A stretch of DNA of 64,000 nucleotides from a bacterium (GCA_965204535.1 CBDBEV010000001.1:1728001-1792000); one strand, 5' to 3'. Counted from the first letter of the stretch, positions 18,542 through 28,195 are shown. The notes: generated by a model not told the origin, from the letters alone. Numbers and translations: made by a program.

Positions 18542-18988
18542 ATGGCTGAAAACGTCACTTTCATCTGCCCCGCGTGCGGAATAACCGAACTGCCGCTCGA
18601 CGGTGTGGACGATCCGAACGACATCCTCTACATCCAGCTCGCGGAGATGGACACCTGCGACGAGGCGGCTACCGCACAATTCATATACGGCGACTCTTTC
18701 ACCAAGGGCTTCGGCGGCTTTGTGCGCGACGTGAACGCAGAAGGCGAGGAGCGCCAGCGGTGGGTTCCCCCGAGGGCGGTGATCGCCTATCACTTCGCGA
18801 GAAACGAGGAGCGCATCGGCCATGCGGAGCCCATGAGCGACTTCTACCCCCAGCCGCTCTACCGCAACCTCTCGAAGGGCGACGGTATCGAGAACATATT
18901 CGTCGCCATGGCCTTCCTGCCCCACAACGAGTCCATGACGCCCGAGATGCGCGCGCGGGGGGAAGCCCTCGCCAAGTCTTTGGGGTAG
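18542..18988 (+). CDS. hypothetical protein with an N-terminal CPAC motif
   Basis: AGGA SD; GC-ending codon usage like neighbours; no family recognised. Confidence 0.65.
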   Translation: MAENVTFICPACGITELPLDGVDDPNDILYIQLAEMDTCDEAATAQFIYGDSFTKGFGGFVRDVNAEGEERQRWVPPRAVIAYHFARNEERIGHAEPMSDFYPQPLYRNLSKGDGIENIFVAMAFLPHNESMTPEMRARGEALAKSLG

Positions 18989-19011
18989 GGGGCTTTGGAT
19001 AATCCGGTTTC

Positions 19012-19405
19012 GTAGGGGCGGCCCCCTGTGGCCGCCCTAACTTCGTGAAGCACCCGTTTCTTAGCGATGGGCCATTCACGAATGTGCGGATTTTGCTCGT
19101 CATTCCGGCGCATGCCGGAATCCAGAACCGAGGAGAAAGGCGATGTTACGGCTTTTCATCCTCCTCTCATCTGAAGGAATCCAAAAGAAAATATAAACAA
19201 AGGCGAAACCCCTGGATTCCGGCATTCGCCGGAATGACCGCAATGAACCACTCCGTGCGGCCATTCGAATAGACACTCCCGATATGGGCAGCCACGGGAA
19301 GCAGGGCGGCCACAGGGGGCCGCCCCTACGGGTTGTTTCGGCTTACGCGGTTTCCGTAGGGACAGGCCCCCGTGCCTGTCCTTTATCCCGGGACAACCAC
19401 GGGGG
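19012..19405. repeat. nested REP/REPIN-like repeat cluster
   Basis: GTAGGGGCGGCCCCCTGTGGCCGCCC (19012) and its inverse (19304-19329) enclose GTCATTCCGGC..GCCGGAATCCAG (19099) and its inverse (19212-19238); a further GTAG-REP at 19356. Confidence 0.85.
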
Positions 19406-19446
19406 CAAATATATGCAACTATTAAAACAACCCCGCCAGCGAGTGT

Positions 19447-19719
19447 CTAATCCCCGCCCACCAGCCGGTTGTATATCCACGCCAGGATCGTGAAGAAGAA
19501 AAAGCCTATCGCGAACCCCCAGGCCGCGCCGATGATCGCGCCCGGATAGGTGGGGGAAACGCCCGGGTAGAAATCGGCAATCAGCCTCAGCATATCCCCG
19601 CCCACGCCGAACAGCGCGCCCAGAAAGGCGTAGAAGAAAAACATGGCCCCGTAGATGATGCCGGCGGCCAGTCCGAATTTCACGGCGTCCAGTTTCACGT
19701 CGAATCTCCCTGGTGACAT
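19447..19719 (-). CDS. small two-TM membrane protein
   Basis: Hydrophobic, Gly-rich 90 aa ending AWIYNRL. Confidence 0.7.
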   Translation of the reverse strand: MSPGRFDVKLDAVKFGLAAGIIYGAMFFFYAFLGALFGVGGDMLRLIADFYPGVSPTYPGAIIGAAWGFAIGFFFFTILAWIYNRLVGGD

Positions 19720-19858
19720 GGAAATACGCTCCTACATACGCTATTCAATATAAGTCCACAGAAGCATCCCGGCAAAACCACCCGCGAGCCCCAGAGGGGG
19801 CCGCCCGCAATCATCTTGGATGGGCGCATCGCCCGTCCCAACACAGGAGGTCGATTTG

Positions 19859-20236
19859 ATGAGCGAAGAAACACGCCTCGAAAGAGGACTCAAAACCCGC
19901 GCGCGTATATTCGGCGAAGAAGGCGAAGAGAGGCGACAGGCGTTCGCGGAGGCGAGCCCCGCGTTCGCGCAGTTCGTCACCGAATCCGTGTACGGCGATC
20001 TGTACGCGCGCGACGGCATCGACGACAAGACCCGCGAGACCGTGATCCTCTCCGTCCTGTGCGCCCAGGGCCGGGACAGGGAGTTCGGCTACCACGCCAA
20101 GGCGGCGCTTCGCATCGGCATGACGAAAGAGGAAATTCAGGAGATCATCCTGATATGCGCGATCTATGCGGGCGCTCCCAACGCCGTGGGCGCGACGGAC
20201 GAGTCGCTGCGCGTGTTCAAGGAGTTCGGCGCCTAG
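19859..20236 (+). CDS. carboxymuconolactone decarboxylase-family protein
   Basis: YGDLYARDGIDDKTRE, H..AALRIG, IYAGAP; GGAGG SD. Confidence 0.88.
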   Translation: MSEETRLERGLKTRARIFGEEGEERRQAFAEASPAFAQFVTESVYGDLYARDGIDDKTRETVILSVLCAQGRDREFGYHAKAALRIGMTKEEIQEIILICAIYAGAPNAVGATDESLRVFKEFGA

Positions 20237-20242
20237 GCGGCG

Positions 20243-21274
20243 CTAGTCGGGACCCAGGACGTCCCGTATCTTCTCAGCGAGCGCGGTGGTGATGAGCCTC
20301 GCTGCCTCCTCGAGCGGGGGCCGCATGCGCGCGCCCGCGGCGAAGGCGTGGCCGCCGCCGCCGAAGGTGCGCGCGACGTCGTGAATCTCCACGCGGCCCT
20401 TCGAGCGCAGGCTCACGCGGATGCGCCCGTTTTCGAGTTCGGAGAAAAAGGCGATGACCTCGACGGACTCTATCGAGCGGGGAACCGAAATGTATTCCTC
20501 CGTCTCGGAGCGCGAGACCCCGAATCTGTCGAGTTCCTGCGCGCTCAGGGTGAACCAGGCGAGGCGTCCCCCGCAGTCGAGCGCCATGCGGCTCATCAGC
20601 GTGCCCAGCAGCTTCAACGAGCCCGCGCCGTTCGATTCCCAGAAGATCGAGTAGGCCTCCCCGGGGCTCGCGCCGAGTTCCACCAGGCGCGCCGCCCAGT
20701 TCAGCGTGCGCTTCGACGTGTTCGTGAAGCGGAACTGGCCCGTGTCGTAGACGAGGGCCGCCATGAGCGCGCGGGTGATGAGCAGGTCATCGAACGAATA
20801 GCCCTCCTCGTCCAGATAGTCGGCTATCATCTCGCCCACCGCCGCGGCTTCCGCGTCGATGACGGAGGGGCAGTCGATGTTGTCCTCTTCCCTGATGTGG
20901 TGATCGATGACGGCCAGGGGCAGCCCGGCGGACATGAGCGGCTCCTCCAGCCTGCCCAGACGGCTCGCCTTGCCCGTGTCGAGGATGAGGCAGGCATCGA
21001 AGCGCTCCGCCCAGTCTTCCTGCGCGAGAAGATCCTTCCGCGCGCGGACGAGGCCCTCCGGATCAAAAGGCGCGACGAAGACGGGCACCTTGTCCTCGGT
21101 GACGACGGTGGCGTGTTTGCCGATCGCCTTGAGATAGCGGCTGAGCGCAAGGCAAGCGAGGAGGCCGTCGCCGTCCGGCCCGATGTGGGTGAGCAACAAG
21201 AAGCGATCGTGTCGTGCGAGGAAATCTCTTAAAGGCTGAAACCGGCTCGGGCCAGGCGTTTGCTCCTTACTCAT
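20243..21274 (-). CDS. nrnA: DHH/DHHA1 phosphoesterase (oligoribonuclease/pAp phosphatase)
   Basis: HIGPDGD, IDHH, DTGQF, SLRS, GGGHAFAAG. Confidence 0.9.
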   Translation of the reverse strand: MSKEQTPGPSRFQPLRDFLARHDRFLLLTHIGPDGDGLLACLALSRYLKAIGKHATVVTEDKVPVFVAPFDPEGLVRARKDLLAQEDWAERFDACLILDTGKASRLGRLEEPLMSAGLPLAVIDHHIREEDNIDCPSVIDAEAAAVGEMIADYLDEEGYSFDDLLITRALMAALVYDTGQFRFTNTSKRTLNWAARLVELGASPGEAYSIFWESNGAGSLKLLGTLMSRMALDCGGRLAWFTLSAQELDRFGVSRSETEEYISVPRSIESVEVIAFFSELENGRIRVSLRSKGRVEIHDVARTFGGGGHAFAAGARMRPPLEEAARLITTALAEKIRDVLGPD

Positions 21275-21287
21275 ACGCTTTCCGTGC

Positions 21288-22460
21288 TCATGCGGATGGT
21301 TCCAGGCCCACGCGGTGGATCTGGCGCAGAACGTAGCTCCTGATCTCCTTTGCCGAAGGCGCGGAGTCAGCGCGCTCGCCGCCTTTCATCACATCTGCGA
21401 GCAGTTGCTCCATCACGCCGCCGCAGGACGCGCAATCGCCGTAGGGCTTGTCGATGGGGATGACGCGCTCCGCCCCGCAGTCGCGGCAGCGCAGCAGATG
21501 TTTCGCGCCCGGCTGCTTGCCGCGCTTGGCGATAGCCTCGCCGTCCACCTCGACGATGTCCATCGAGAAATCGATCGTGGCTGCGGCGCTGACGGACGTG
21601 CCCACGCCGTAGCCGCCGTCCACCACGGGGTTGAGTTCCAGAATCTTCTGCTCGTCCAGCCCCCCGCTCACGAAGAGCTTCACGTGCGGGAAGCCGGCGC
21701 GGTCGAGCTCCCAGCGGATTTCTTCCAGAATCTGGTAGATATTCCCCCGTCTGGAAGCCGGCATATCCACCCGCACCGCCGAGAGGCGATCGGTCAGCGC
21801 GCGCGCCGCCTCCAGGGTTTCGAACCGTTCGTCCCCGAAGGTGTCCACGAGTGCGACGCGGCCCACCTCCGGCTCGATGACTTCGTCGAACGCCTTCGCC
21901 GCGGGCACGAGACCGCCCATGAGGATCACCAGCGCGTGGGGCATCGTGCCCGCCGCCGGAATCTCGAGAAGCTCGGCGCCCTTGACGAGGGCGACGCCGT
22001 CGCAGCCGCCGACGTAGGCCGCGCGCTCGACCATCGGCGCGATGGCGGGGTGTATCCTGCGCGCGCCGAAGCTCACGAGCTGCCTTCCCTCCGCCGCGAT
22101 GCGGCAACGCGCCGCCTTGGTGGCGACCCCGCTCGCCTGGCACATCAGCCCCAGGATGGGGGTCTCCAGCCTGCAGAAATCGTTGTAGGTTCCTGTAATT
22201 TCCAGAACCGGCTGCGAGGGCCGGAAAACCGTTCCCTCGGGCACCGCGCGGACGTCCACGGGAAATCCTTCGAGTAAGCGCAGGATTTCCTCCAGCCCCG
22301 TAAACACGCCCCAGCCCGAGGGGAGTGATTTGGCCGCGAACTCCGCGCGCACGTTTTTTCTGATGCCTTTTGCTTCGAGAATCTTGAGGGTTCGCCCGAA
22401 ATAGACGTCCGCCACCTTGCCGGAGCGGATGTCGTCGAAATCGGCGGTGAAAAGACGCAA
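21288..22460 (-). CDS. pncB: nicotinate phosphoribosyltransferase
   Basis: DVYF, SFGARR, GTMPHA, LVDTF, SGGLDE, YGVGT; C-terminal CxxC..CxxC. Confidence 0.88.
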   Translation of the reverse strand: MRLFTADFDDIRSGKVADVYFGRTLKILEAKGIRKNVRAEFAAKSLPSGWGVFTGLEEILRLLEGFPVDVRAVPEGTVFRPSQPVLEITGTYNDFCRLETPILGLMCQASGVATKAARCRIAAEGRQLVSFGARRIHPAIAPMVERAAYVGGCDGVALVKGAELLEIPAAGTMPHALVILMGGLVPAAKAFDEVIEPEVGRVALVDTFGDERFETLEAARALTDRLSAVRVDMPASRRGNIYQILEEIRWELDRAGFPHVKLFVSGGLDEQKILELNPVVDGGYGVGTSVSAAATIDFSMDIVEVDGEAIAKRGKQPGAKHLLRCRDCGAERVIPIDKPYGDCASCGGVMEQLLADVMKGGERADSAPSAKEIRSYVLRQIHRVGLEPSA

Positions 22461-22485
22461 AAGAGGATTCCGCCAGGGAAACCCG

Positions 22486-23040
22486 CTATTCGGCGGGCGC
22501 CGTCTCGGCGGGAGTCTCGGGCTCGGGCCGCATGTCCGCTTCCTCGTTCCTCAAGCCGAACAGCTTGCCCCACGGCCTGGGGCCGGTGTAGTTCACCTCT
22601 TTCTCCCAGACGTCGTAGAGGCGCTCTTTCTCGTAGACGAGATCGTCGCGGAAATAGCCGGGCGTCTCGTACTGGTGGGTGTGGACGATGGATTTGGGCG
22701 TCGTGGGGCACGCCTCGGTGCAGAGCCCGCAGTACATGCAGCGCATGTAGTCGATGTAGAACTCCTTGGCGTACATCTCGCGGCCCTTGCCCGCCGTGAC
22801 GATGGTGATGCAGTCGACCGGACAGGCCTTCTCGCAGTTCAGGCAGCCGATGCAGAGCTCCTCGCCCGTCTTGAAGTCGCGCGTCAGCCCCAGGAATCCG
22901 CGAAAGCGCTCGGGCGGCTCCCAGCGCTCCGTCGGGTATTGCAGCGTGACGGGCTTTTTGAACATGTGCCGCAGCGTGGCGGACATGCCCTTCACGATGT
23001 CCCAGAGAAAGAACTTCTGGATCCCCCTGGTGAACTCCAT
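22486..23040 (-). CDS. nuoI: NADH-quinone oxidoreductase subunit I (two 4Fe-4S clusters)
   Basis: VTLQYP..RFRG, CIGCLNCEKACP, CMYCGLCTEACP. Confidence 0.85.
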   Translation of the reverse strand: MEFTRGIQKFFLWDIVKGMSATLRHMFKKPVTLQYPTERWEPPERFRGFLGLTRDFKTGEELCIGCLNCEKACPVDCITIVTAGKGREMYAKEFYIDYMRCMYCGLCTEACPTTPKSIVHTHQYETPGYFRDDLVYEKERLYDVWEKEVNYTGPRPWGKLFGLRNEEADMRPEPETPAETAPAE

Positions 23041-23062
23041 TTCCCTCTCCTCGCCTTGTGCT

Positions 23063-24019
23063 CTAGGAAGCCGCCGCGGCGGCCTTCTTGGCCTCTTCCT
23101 GGGCTTCGAGATATTTCTCCGCCGCCACCGCCGCCGTCGTCGCGTCGCCCGACGCGTTGGTGATCTGGCGGATCAACTGGCTTCTGCAGTCACCGGCCAC
23201 GAACAGGCCCGGAACGTTCGTCTCCATGTTCTGGTCCGTCAGGATGAAGCCGGCATCGTCTTTCTCCACATGATCTTTTATCAAATCCGTGTTCGGAATA
23301 AAACCGATGAAGACGAACAGGCCGGTGGCGTCGAGTTCTTTCGTCTCGCCGGTCTTCACGTTCTTGATGCGCAGCTTCTTCATCTCCCGATCATCGCCCA
23401 CCACTTCCTCGGCCACATAGTCGGTGATGATCTCGACTTTCGGGTTCTCGCGAATCTTGTCCACCAGCACCGCATGGGCGCGGAACTGATCGCGGCGGTG
23501 GATGATGTAGACCTTCGTGCCGAACTTCGTGAGGAACTGTCCCTCTTCCACGGCGCTGTTCCCGCCGCCCACGACGGTGATGACCTCATCCTGAAAGAAC
23601 GCGCCGTCGCAAAGCGCGCAGTAGCTCACGCCCTTGCCGGCGTATTTCTCCTCGCCCGGAATGCCGAGTTTTCTCGGATAGCCGCCGGGGGTGTAGATCA
23701 CCGCCCCGCAGCGGCGCACGCCCATGTCGGTCGTGACGAGGAAATCATCCCCGTCCTTTTTGACCTCCTGAACTTCTTCCATTTCGATGTTGAGGCCGAA
23801 CTTCATGGCGTGATCGGCGAATTTGGCCGCCAGCTCCTGGCCGCCGACCAGCTCGAAGCCCGGGTAGTCTTCCACATGCTCGGTGTTGAGAATCTCGCCG
23901 CCCGGGGCGAGCTTTTCATAGCAAACCACGTTCAGCTTCGAACGCGCCGTATAAAGCCCCGCCGTCAGCCCGGCCGGCCCTGCACCTATGATGATGATTT
24001 CGAAATCACGCTCAGCCAC
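23063..24019 (-). CDS. trxB: thioredoxin-disulfide reductase
   Basis: GAGPAG, GVSYCALCDG, GGGNSAVEE, AGD. Confidence 0.93.
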   Translation of the reverse strand: MAERDFEIIIIGAGPAGLTAGLYTARSKLNVVCYEKLAPGGEILNTEHVEDYPGFELVGGQELAAKFADHAMKFGLNIEMEEVQEVKKDGDDFLVTTDMGVRRCGAVIYTPGGYPRKLGIPGEEKYAGKGVSYCALCDGAFFQDEVITVVGGGNSAVEEGQFLTKFGTKVYIIHRRDQFRAHAVLVDKIRENPKVEIITDYVAEEVVGDDREMKKLRIKNVKTGETKELDATGLFVFIGFIPNTDLIKDHVEKDDAGFILTDQNMETNVPGLFVAGDCRSQLIRQITNASGDATTAAVAAEKYLEAQEEAKKAAAAAS

Positions 24020-24073
24020 TACGACTCTCCAGAATTAAGGAAAAGGGATTATATACAATGTTGTTCCGAATGA

Positions 24074-24577
24074 CTAACCGGTCACGCCGTCATACGCCTC
24101 GTCAAGGGTCATCCTGTTTTGAAGGAGAGGCAGAAGGAAACCACGCGCCTCCCGCGCATACGCCTTGCCTTTTTGAGGCGTGGCGAAATAGATGCTCGCA
24201 TGTCCGGGATTGTCTTCCGCGGCCGTATCAACGACTACAAACGCCCTTTCGTCTTCCAGAAAAATCTGGCGAACCGCCAGAGTCTTTAATCTGGACACAC
24301 CCTCACTCGTCCAGGGTTCTTTCCTCTTTCTCGACAATCTCGTCTGTATGGATTTTTTCACGTATTCCTTTGAAACATATTTTATTCTATGAACGGAAAA
24401 GCCGTCTGCAACCAGTTCATTCACAGAAATTGCTCTTTCGATAACTTTCCCTTCTTCGTTGATATGTTGCGGATTGAACATTTCGCGAATCAGTTGTTCC
24501 TCGTCTTCAACGATTCCGGGGGAAATTTCGGGCGCAGCGCTTTTCGACTCATCGAGGTGCAATGTCGGGGACGGCAA
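24074..24577 (-). CDS. hypothetical protein (possible RES/ART-like toxin)
   Basis: Lower GC; LIR..., GFSVHR, NPGHASI pattern; fold assignment is a guess. Confidence 0.55.
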   Translation of the reverse strand: MPSPTLHLDESKSAAPEISPGIVEDEEQLIREMFNPQHINEEGKVIERAISVNELVADGFSVHRIKYVSKEYVKKSIQTRLSRKRKEPWTSEGVSRLKTLAVRQIFLEDERAFVVVDTAAEDNPGHASIYFATPQKGKAYAREARGFLLPLLQNRMTLDEAYDGVTG

Positions 24578-24584
24578 CGTCTTG

Positions 24585-24977
24585 TCAGTTTTTGAACAAT
24601 GCTAGAATTTCACAGGGAAAGTCATCCGATACGAGAGCATCCTCTGCATAAATTTTGTTCCCCGATTTTCCGCGCGCAAAATAAGAATAGGAACCTGTCC
24701 CGTAAAACCCCAGATCGATGTGTACCCCGTCCTTTTTCCACAGAAAATTGATTTCCCCGTCATTGGCCAGCCCCATGTCAGGCATGGGAATCGAATCCAG
24801 CGGAAGTTTGCGGACGAACGCTTCCGCGTCCCGAAACGCCCGAGCCGTAGGCCGCGTTGCGCCCGGCCATCGCTCCTCCTCGGGCGTGTTTTCAAACTCC
24901 TTCAATTGCGCGAGCAACTCCCGATTCAATTTGCCAATTCGAGTCGGGCGGAAAGCCGCCTGCGGTTGAGAAACCAT
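24585..24977 (-). CDS. hypothetical protein (possible partner of 24074-24577)
   Basis: Lower GC; 7 bp from the downstream gene; DGEINFLW motif. Confidence 0.6.
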   Translation of the reverse strand: MVSQPQAAFRPTRIGKLNRELLAQLKEFENTPEEERWPGATRPTARAFRDAEAFVRKLPLDSIPMPDMGLANDGEINFLWKKDGVHIDLGFYGTGSYSYFARGKSGNKIYAEDALVSDDFPCEILALFKN

Positions 24978-25122
24978 CGGGGACTCCCTTTCGCTTCATC
25001 TTCCTGGATGCGCTCTCCATGAGCGCAATAACACTCTATCAAACAATCCATTGCGAAGAAAACAGGCCCGGCATTCCTTGTCCTTCGCTCGTTTTCCCGC
25101 GCCCCATCCGCCCTTTACGGCG

Positions 25123-25335
25123 CTGTTGAAAAACCTCTCTCCGCCTCATCCTGAGTAGCGGTGAAGCCGCGTATCGAAGGTGAAACGTGATTGACGAATG
25201 AGCGTTTGCTCTCGCCCGGCGCGAGGTGTTCGACTCCCCTCGCCCTTCGATACGCCGCCTTCGGCGGCTACTCAGGGTGAGGAAAGAGGCGTTGGCGGTT
25301 TGCGGGGGGCGTAGACGGGACTTTTTCAACAACCC
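25123..25335. mobile_element. MITE-like element with TGTTGAAAAA...TTTTTCAACA ends, enclosing an inverted pair of CTCAYCCTGAGTAGC repeats
   Basis: Inverted ends; internal inverted copies at 25146-25180 and 25244-25282. Confidence 0.65.
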
Positions 25336-25432
25336 CTTTATAACTGTGGTCGATGGAACGAACGCGCCGCATTCCCTTTCAAGGCGGTGTTTTTAGAATC
25401 GCCCTCAGCCGGGGCAGGGAAGCGCCTCCCGT

Positions 25433-25675
25433 TTACGCGGCGAGTCCCAAAAGCTCCTGGAGCTTCGCCCGGTCGAAGCCGACCACCTTCTCCTCGCCGA
25501 TGAATACGACGGGCGTCGCCCGCATGTTCGCCCGCTGGAAGAGTTCCTCCAGGGCCTCTTCGTCCTGATCGACGAGTTTTTCCGTGTACGCCACGCCATG
25601 ATGGGAAAGAAACTCTTTCACCGCCTTGCACGGCGCTCAGAACGTGGACGAATAGACCGTCACTTCTTTCGACAT
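25433..25675 (-). CDS. glutaredoxin/NrdH-like selenoprotein (UxxC)
   Basis: GGGAG SD; MSKEVTVYSSTF-U-APCKAVKEFLSHHGVAY...ATPVVFIG...VGFD; in-frame TGA at 25637-25639. Confidence 0.85.
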
Positions 25676-25759
25676 CGCAATCTCCCTTCATGCCAACAGG
25701 AGCCGTCCCGGCGGCAGGGCGCGCCTCATGATCAATATCGTTCCGGGGGGTGTTTTGCG

Positions 25760-27130
25760 CTACCTCGGCGTGTTCACCCGCTCGAGCAGGGCGGCCAGCT
25801 CTTTTATCCGGATCGAATCGAGTCTCGATACAGCGTCCACAATCTCCCCGCGCAATGAGGCGTCCGCGTGGGCCTCGCTCAAGGCCTCGAACTTCTCGTT
25901 CACCGTCGCCCAGCTCATCGGCGTGGTGAAATGCCCCTCCCAGGTGGGCTTGTCCAGCTTGTGGACGGCGCCGTCCTTGAGGGTGATGGTGATGAGCACG
26001 GGCGATTGAGCGGGGTATCTGGCCGTCATCTCATCGGAATTGGTGGTACGCACTTTCTTTAAGAGCGTCTGCACGTCGTCTGCGCGGATTCTCGCTTCCT
26101 CGTACTGGGCGGGCAGGACCTGCTCGTCGATGATGGCGGCCGAAAGCACGTAGGGCAGGCTGTGGTCCGCCGTCTCCTTGTTCAGCACGTGCTCGCGCGC
26201 GCCCGCCTTGCCCTCGCCCATGATGAAGTAGGCGCGCTCATAAATTCCGATTTCAACCTCCTCGATGTCCTCGGGCGCAAAGCCGTGCTCGCGCTTCATA
26301 TCGATGACGCCCTCGATGGCCGTCTGGGAATGGAGGCCCGCGTTGTAGCGCTTCACACTGATCTCGAGCATCTTGCTTAAAGATGTATCCGACCAGTCGA
26401 CCTCGAACTCGCCCGTAACGGACTCGAACACGCCCAGGGGACCCTCGATCAGCTGGAGCTGCCCCGTCACCCCGCGCATGGCGAGAAACGTCGAGTGCAC
26501 CCCGCTGTGGCAGCCCGCCGCATAGGCAAAGCCCTTCCAGTGGGAGAGTTCGCCCGTGCGTGTGATGAGCAGGGGGTTCTGGCGCACGCCGCTGATCGCG
26601 ACCGCGTTGGCCGTCTTCTCCGCATCCAGCCCCAAGGCGCGCGATGCGCCCGCCGCCACGGCGTAGGCACCCGCCATGGGCTGGTCGAAACCTCTTTTCT
26701 CGTAGGGCGCGCTGTCGCAGAGGCGGCACTGCACCTCATACGCCAGGGCGAGGGCCGTCATGAATTCCGCCCCGCTCGCATCCGCGTATTCGGCCGCCGC
26801 CATAACGGCGCCCGTGTTGTCGCTCGGGTGCGAGGTGGCGAGCTTGCCCATGAAGCCGTCGTTGAAATCGAGATAGCGAATCAGCGAGGTGTTGTAGAAC
26901 GCCGCGGCGTCGGGCGCGCTCTTGCCGCCGCCGATGAGCGTGCAATGCGGCGCACCTCCGAAATCATCCGCCTGCTCGCGAAGGTAGCGGACGGGGCCTT
27001 CTCCCAGCGAGCCGATGGCGCAGCCGATGGTGTCGACCATGAGGGTCTTTAACTGGGTACGCATCTCGTCCGAGAGGTCATCGAAACTGGTGTTCGCGGC
27101 GAACGCCGCAATCTGTTCCACAATCGTCAT
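25760..27130 (-). CDS. MmgE/PrpD family protein
   Basis: RYLDFND, HPSDN, GELSHWKG, ETADHSLPY. Confidence 0.9.
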   Translation of the reverse strand: MTIVEQIAAFAANTSFDDLSDEMRTQLKTLMVDTIGCAIGSLGEGPVRYLREQADDFGGAPHCTLIGGGKSAPDAAAFYNTSLIRYLDFNDGFMGKLATSHPSDNTGAVMAAAEYADASGAEFMTALALAYEVQCRLCDSAPYEKRGFDQPMAGAYAVAAGASRALGLDAEKTANAVAISGVRQNPLLITRTGELSHWKGFAYAAGCHSGVHSTFLAMRGVTGQLQLIEGPLGVFESVTGEFEVDWSDTSLSKMLEISVKRYNAGLHSQTAIEGVIDMKREHGFAPEDIEEVEIGIYERAYFIMGEGKAGAREHVLNKETADHSLPYVLSAAIIDEQVLPAQYEEARIRADDVQTLLKKVRTTNSDEMTARYPAQSPVLITITLKDGAVHKLDKPTWEGHFTTPMSWATVNEKFEALSEAHADASLRGEIVDAVSRLDSIRIKELAALLERVNTPR

Positions 27131-27175
27131 GTCGTCTTTCCTTCCTCGATCCGGTTTTGGGGGGTAATGCGCGGG

Positions 27176-28195
27176 CTAGCCGCCGTGCAGTTTTCTGTAT
27201 GCTCGCTGCATGATGAGCGCGTCGTATTCGAGCGCCGGACTCTCACACACCACCCGGCCTTCGGCGCCGAAATCGATGAGGGCGCGGAACAAGTCCTTGT
27301 AGTTCATGTCCGACTCGTCGAGTTCCAGGTGATGCGCCTCGCCCTTGTCCGAATACGCGATGCCCGAGAGATGGATGTGCATGGTCTTGAGAACGTCGTC
27401 GCCCATCTTGTTCTTGAGAAGCTCCAGTTGCGCCCCGAACTCGTCATACGTGTTGTGCGCTCCCGCCGAGCGCGCGTGAATGTGCGCGAAATCTATCGTG
27501 AAGCCGACGTTCTTTTCTTTAAGATCGCCGCCCATGTCGGCGATTTCCTCGAGAGAGCCGAACTGCGTGCCCTTGCCCGTCGTTTCCGGATCCAGGCGAA
27601 CCGGACAACTCTCATCTTCCAGGATGTCGGCGAGCTCTCCTATCTGGTTGCAGATGAAGTCGTAGACCTCCCTGGGGTCTCGCTTCTGGTAAAACCCGGG
27701 ATGAAAGCACGCCCCGTCGCCCCCGCACTTCGCCAGGGCGCGCGCGGTGTCGAGCACACGCTTACGGCTCGCCGCCACCTTTTCATCTTCCAGCGAATAG
27801 AGGTTCACGTAGTAGGGACCGTGCGCGGTGATGTGAACGCCCGTCTCCGCCTGGGCGGCCCGCACCTCATCGCACGTCTCCTCGCGGATGCGCACGCCGT
27901 GGACGAACTCCATCTCGTAGACGCCGAGGCCCAGTTCGTGAAGCCTGCGCACCGCGGCGGGGTGTGTCTGCGGCTTGGTGGAATGCGGGACCCCGCCCGT
28001 GCCAAAGAAAATCCTGTCCGCCCGCTTGGGCTTCGCGTTCACGCTCAAGGGGCCGTCATAGGTTCTGCCCTTCGGTTTTTCCTTTGGAACCCCCGGCGCC
28101 CAGCCGCGAACGTCAGCCTTGGGCTTCGCCGCTTTTTTGGGGGCCGGTTTCTTTTTGGCCTCGGCTTTCGGAGCCGCTGTTTTCTTTTCCGGCAC
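27176..28195 (-). CDS. nfo: endonuclease IV-like TIM-barrel protein with a K/A/P-rich N-terminal tail
   Basis: HGPYYVNL, FHPGFY, ETTGKGTQFG, IDFAH, HIHLSG. Confidence 0.75.
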   Translation of the reverse strand: MPEKKTAAPKAEAKKKPAPKKAAKPKADVRGWAPGVPKEKPKGRTYDGPLSVNAKPKRADRIFFGTGGVPHSTKPQTHPAAVRRLHELGLGVYEMEFVHGVRIREETCDEVRAAQAETGVHITAHGPYYVNLYSLEDEKVAASRKRVLDTARALAKCGGDGACFHPGFYQKRDPREVYDFICNQIGELADILEDESCPVRLDPETTGKGTQFGSLEEIADMGGDLKEKNVGFTIDFAHIHARSAGAHNTYDEFGAQLELLKNKMGDDVLKTMHIHLSGIAYSDKGEAHHLELDESDMNYKDLFRALIDFGAEGRVVCESPALEYDALIMQRAYRKLHGG

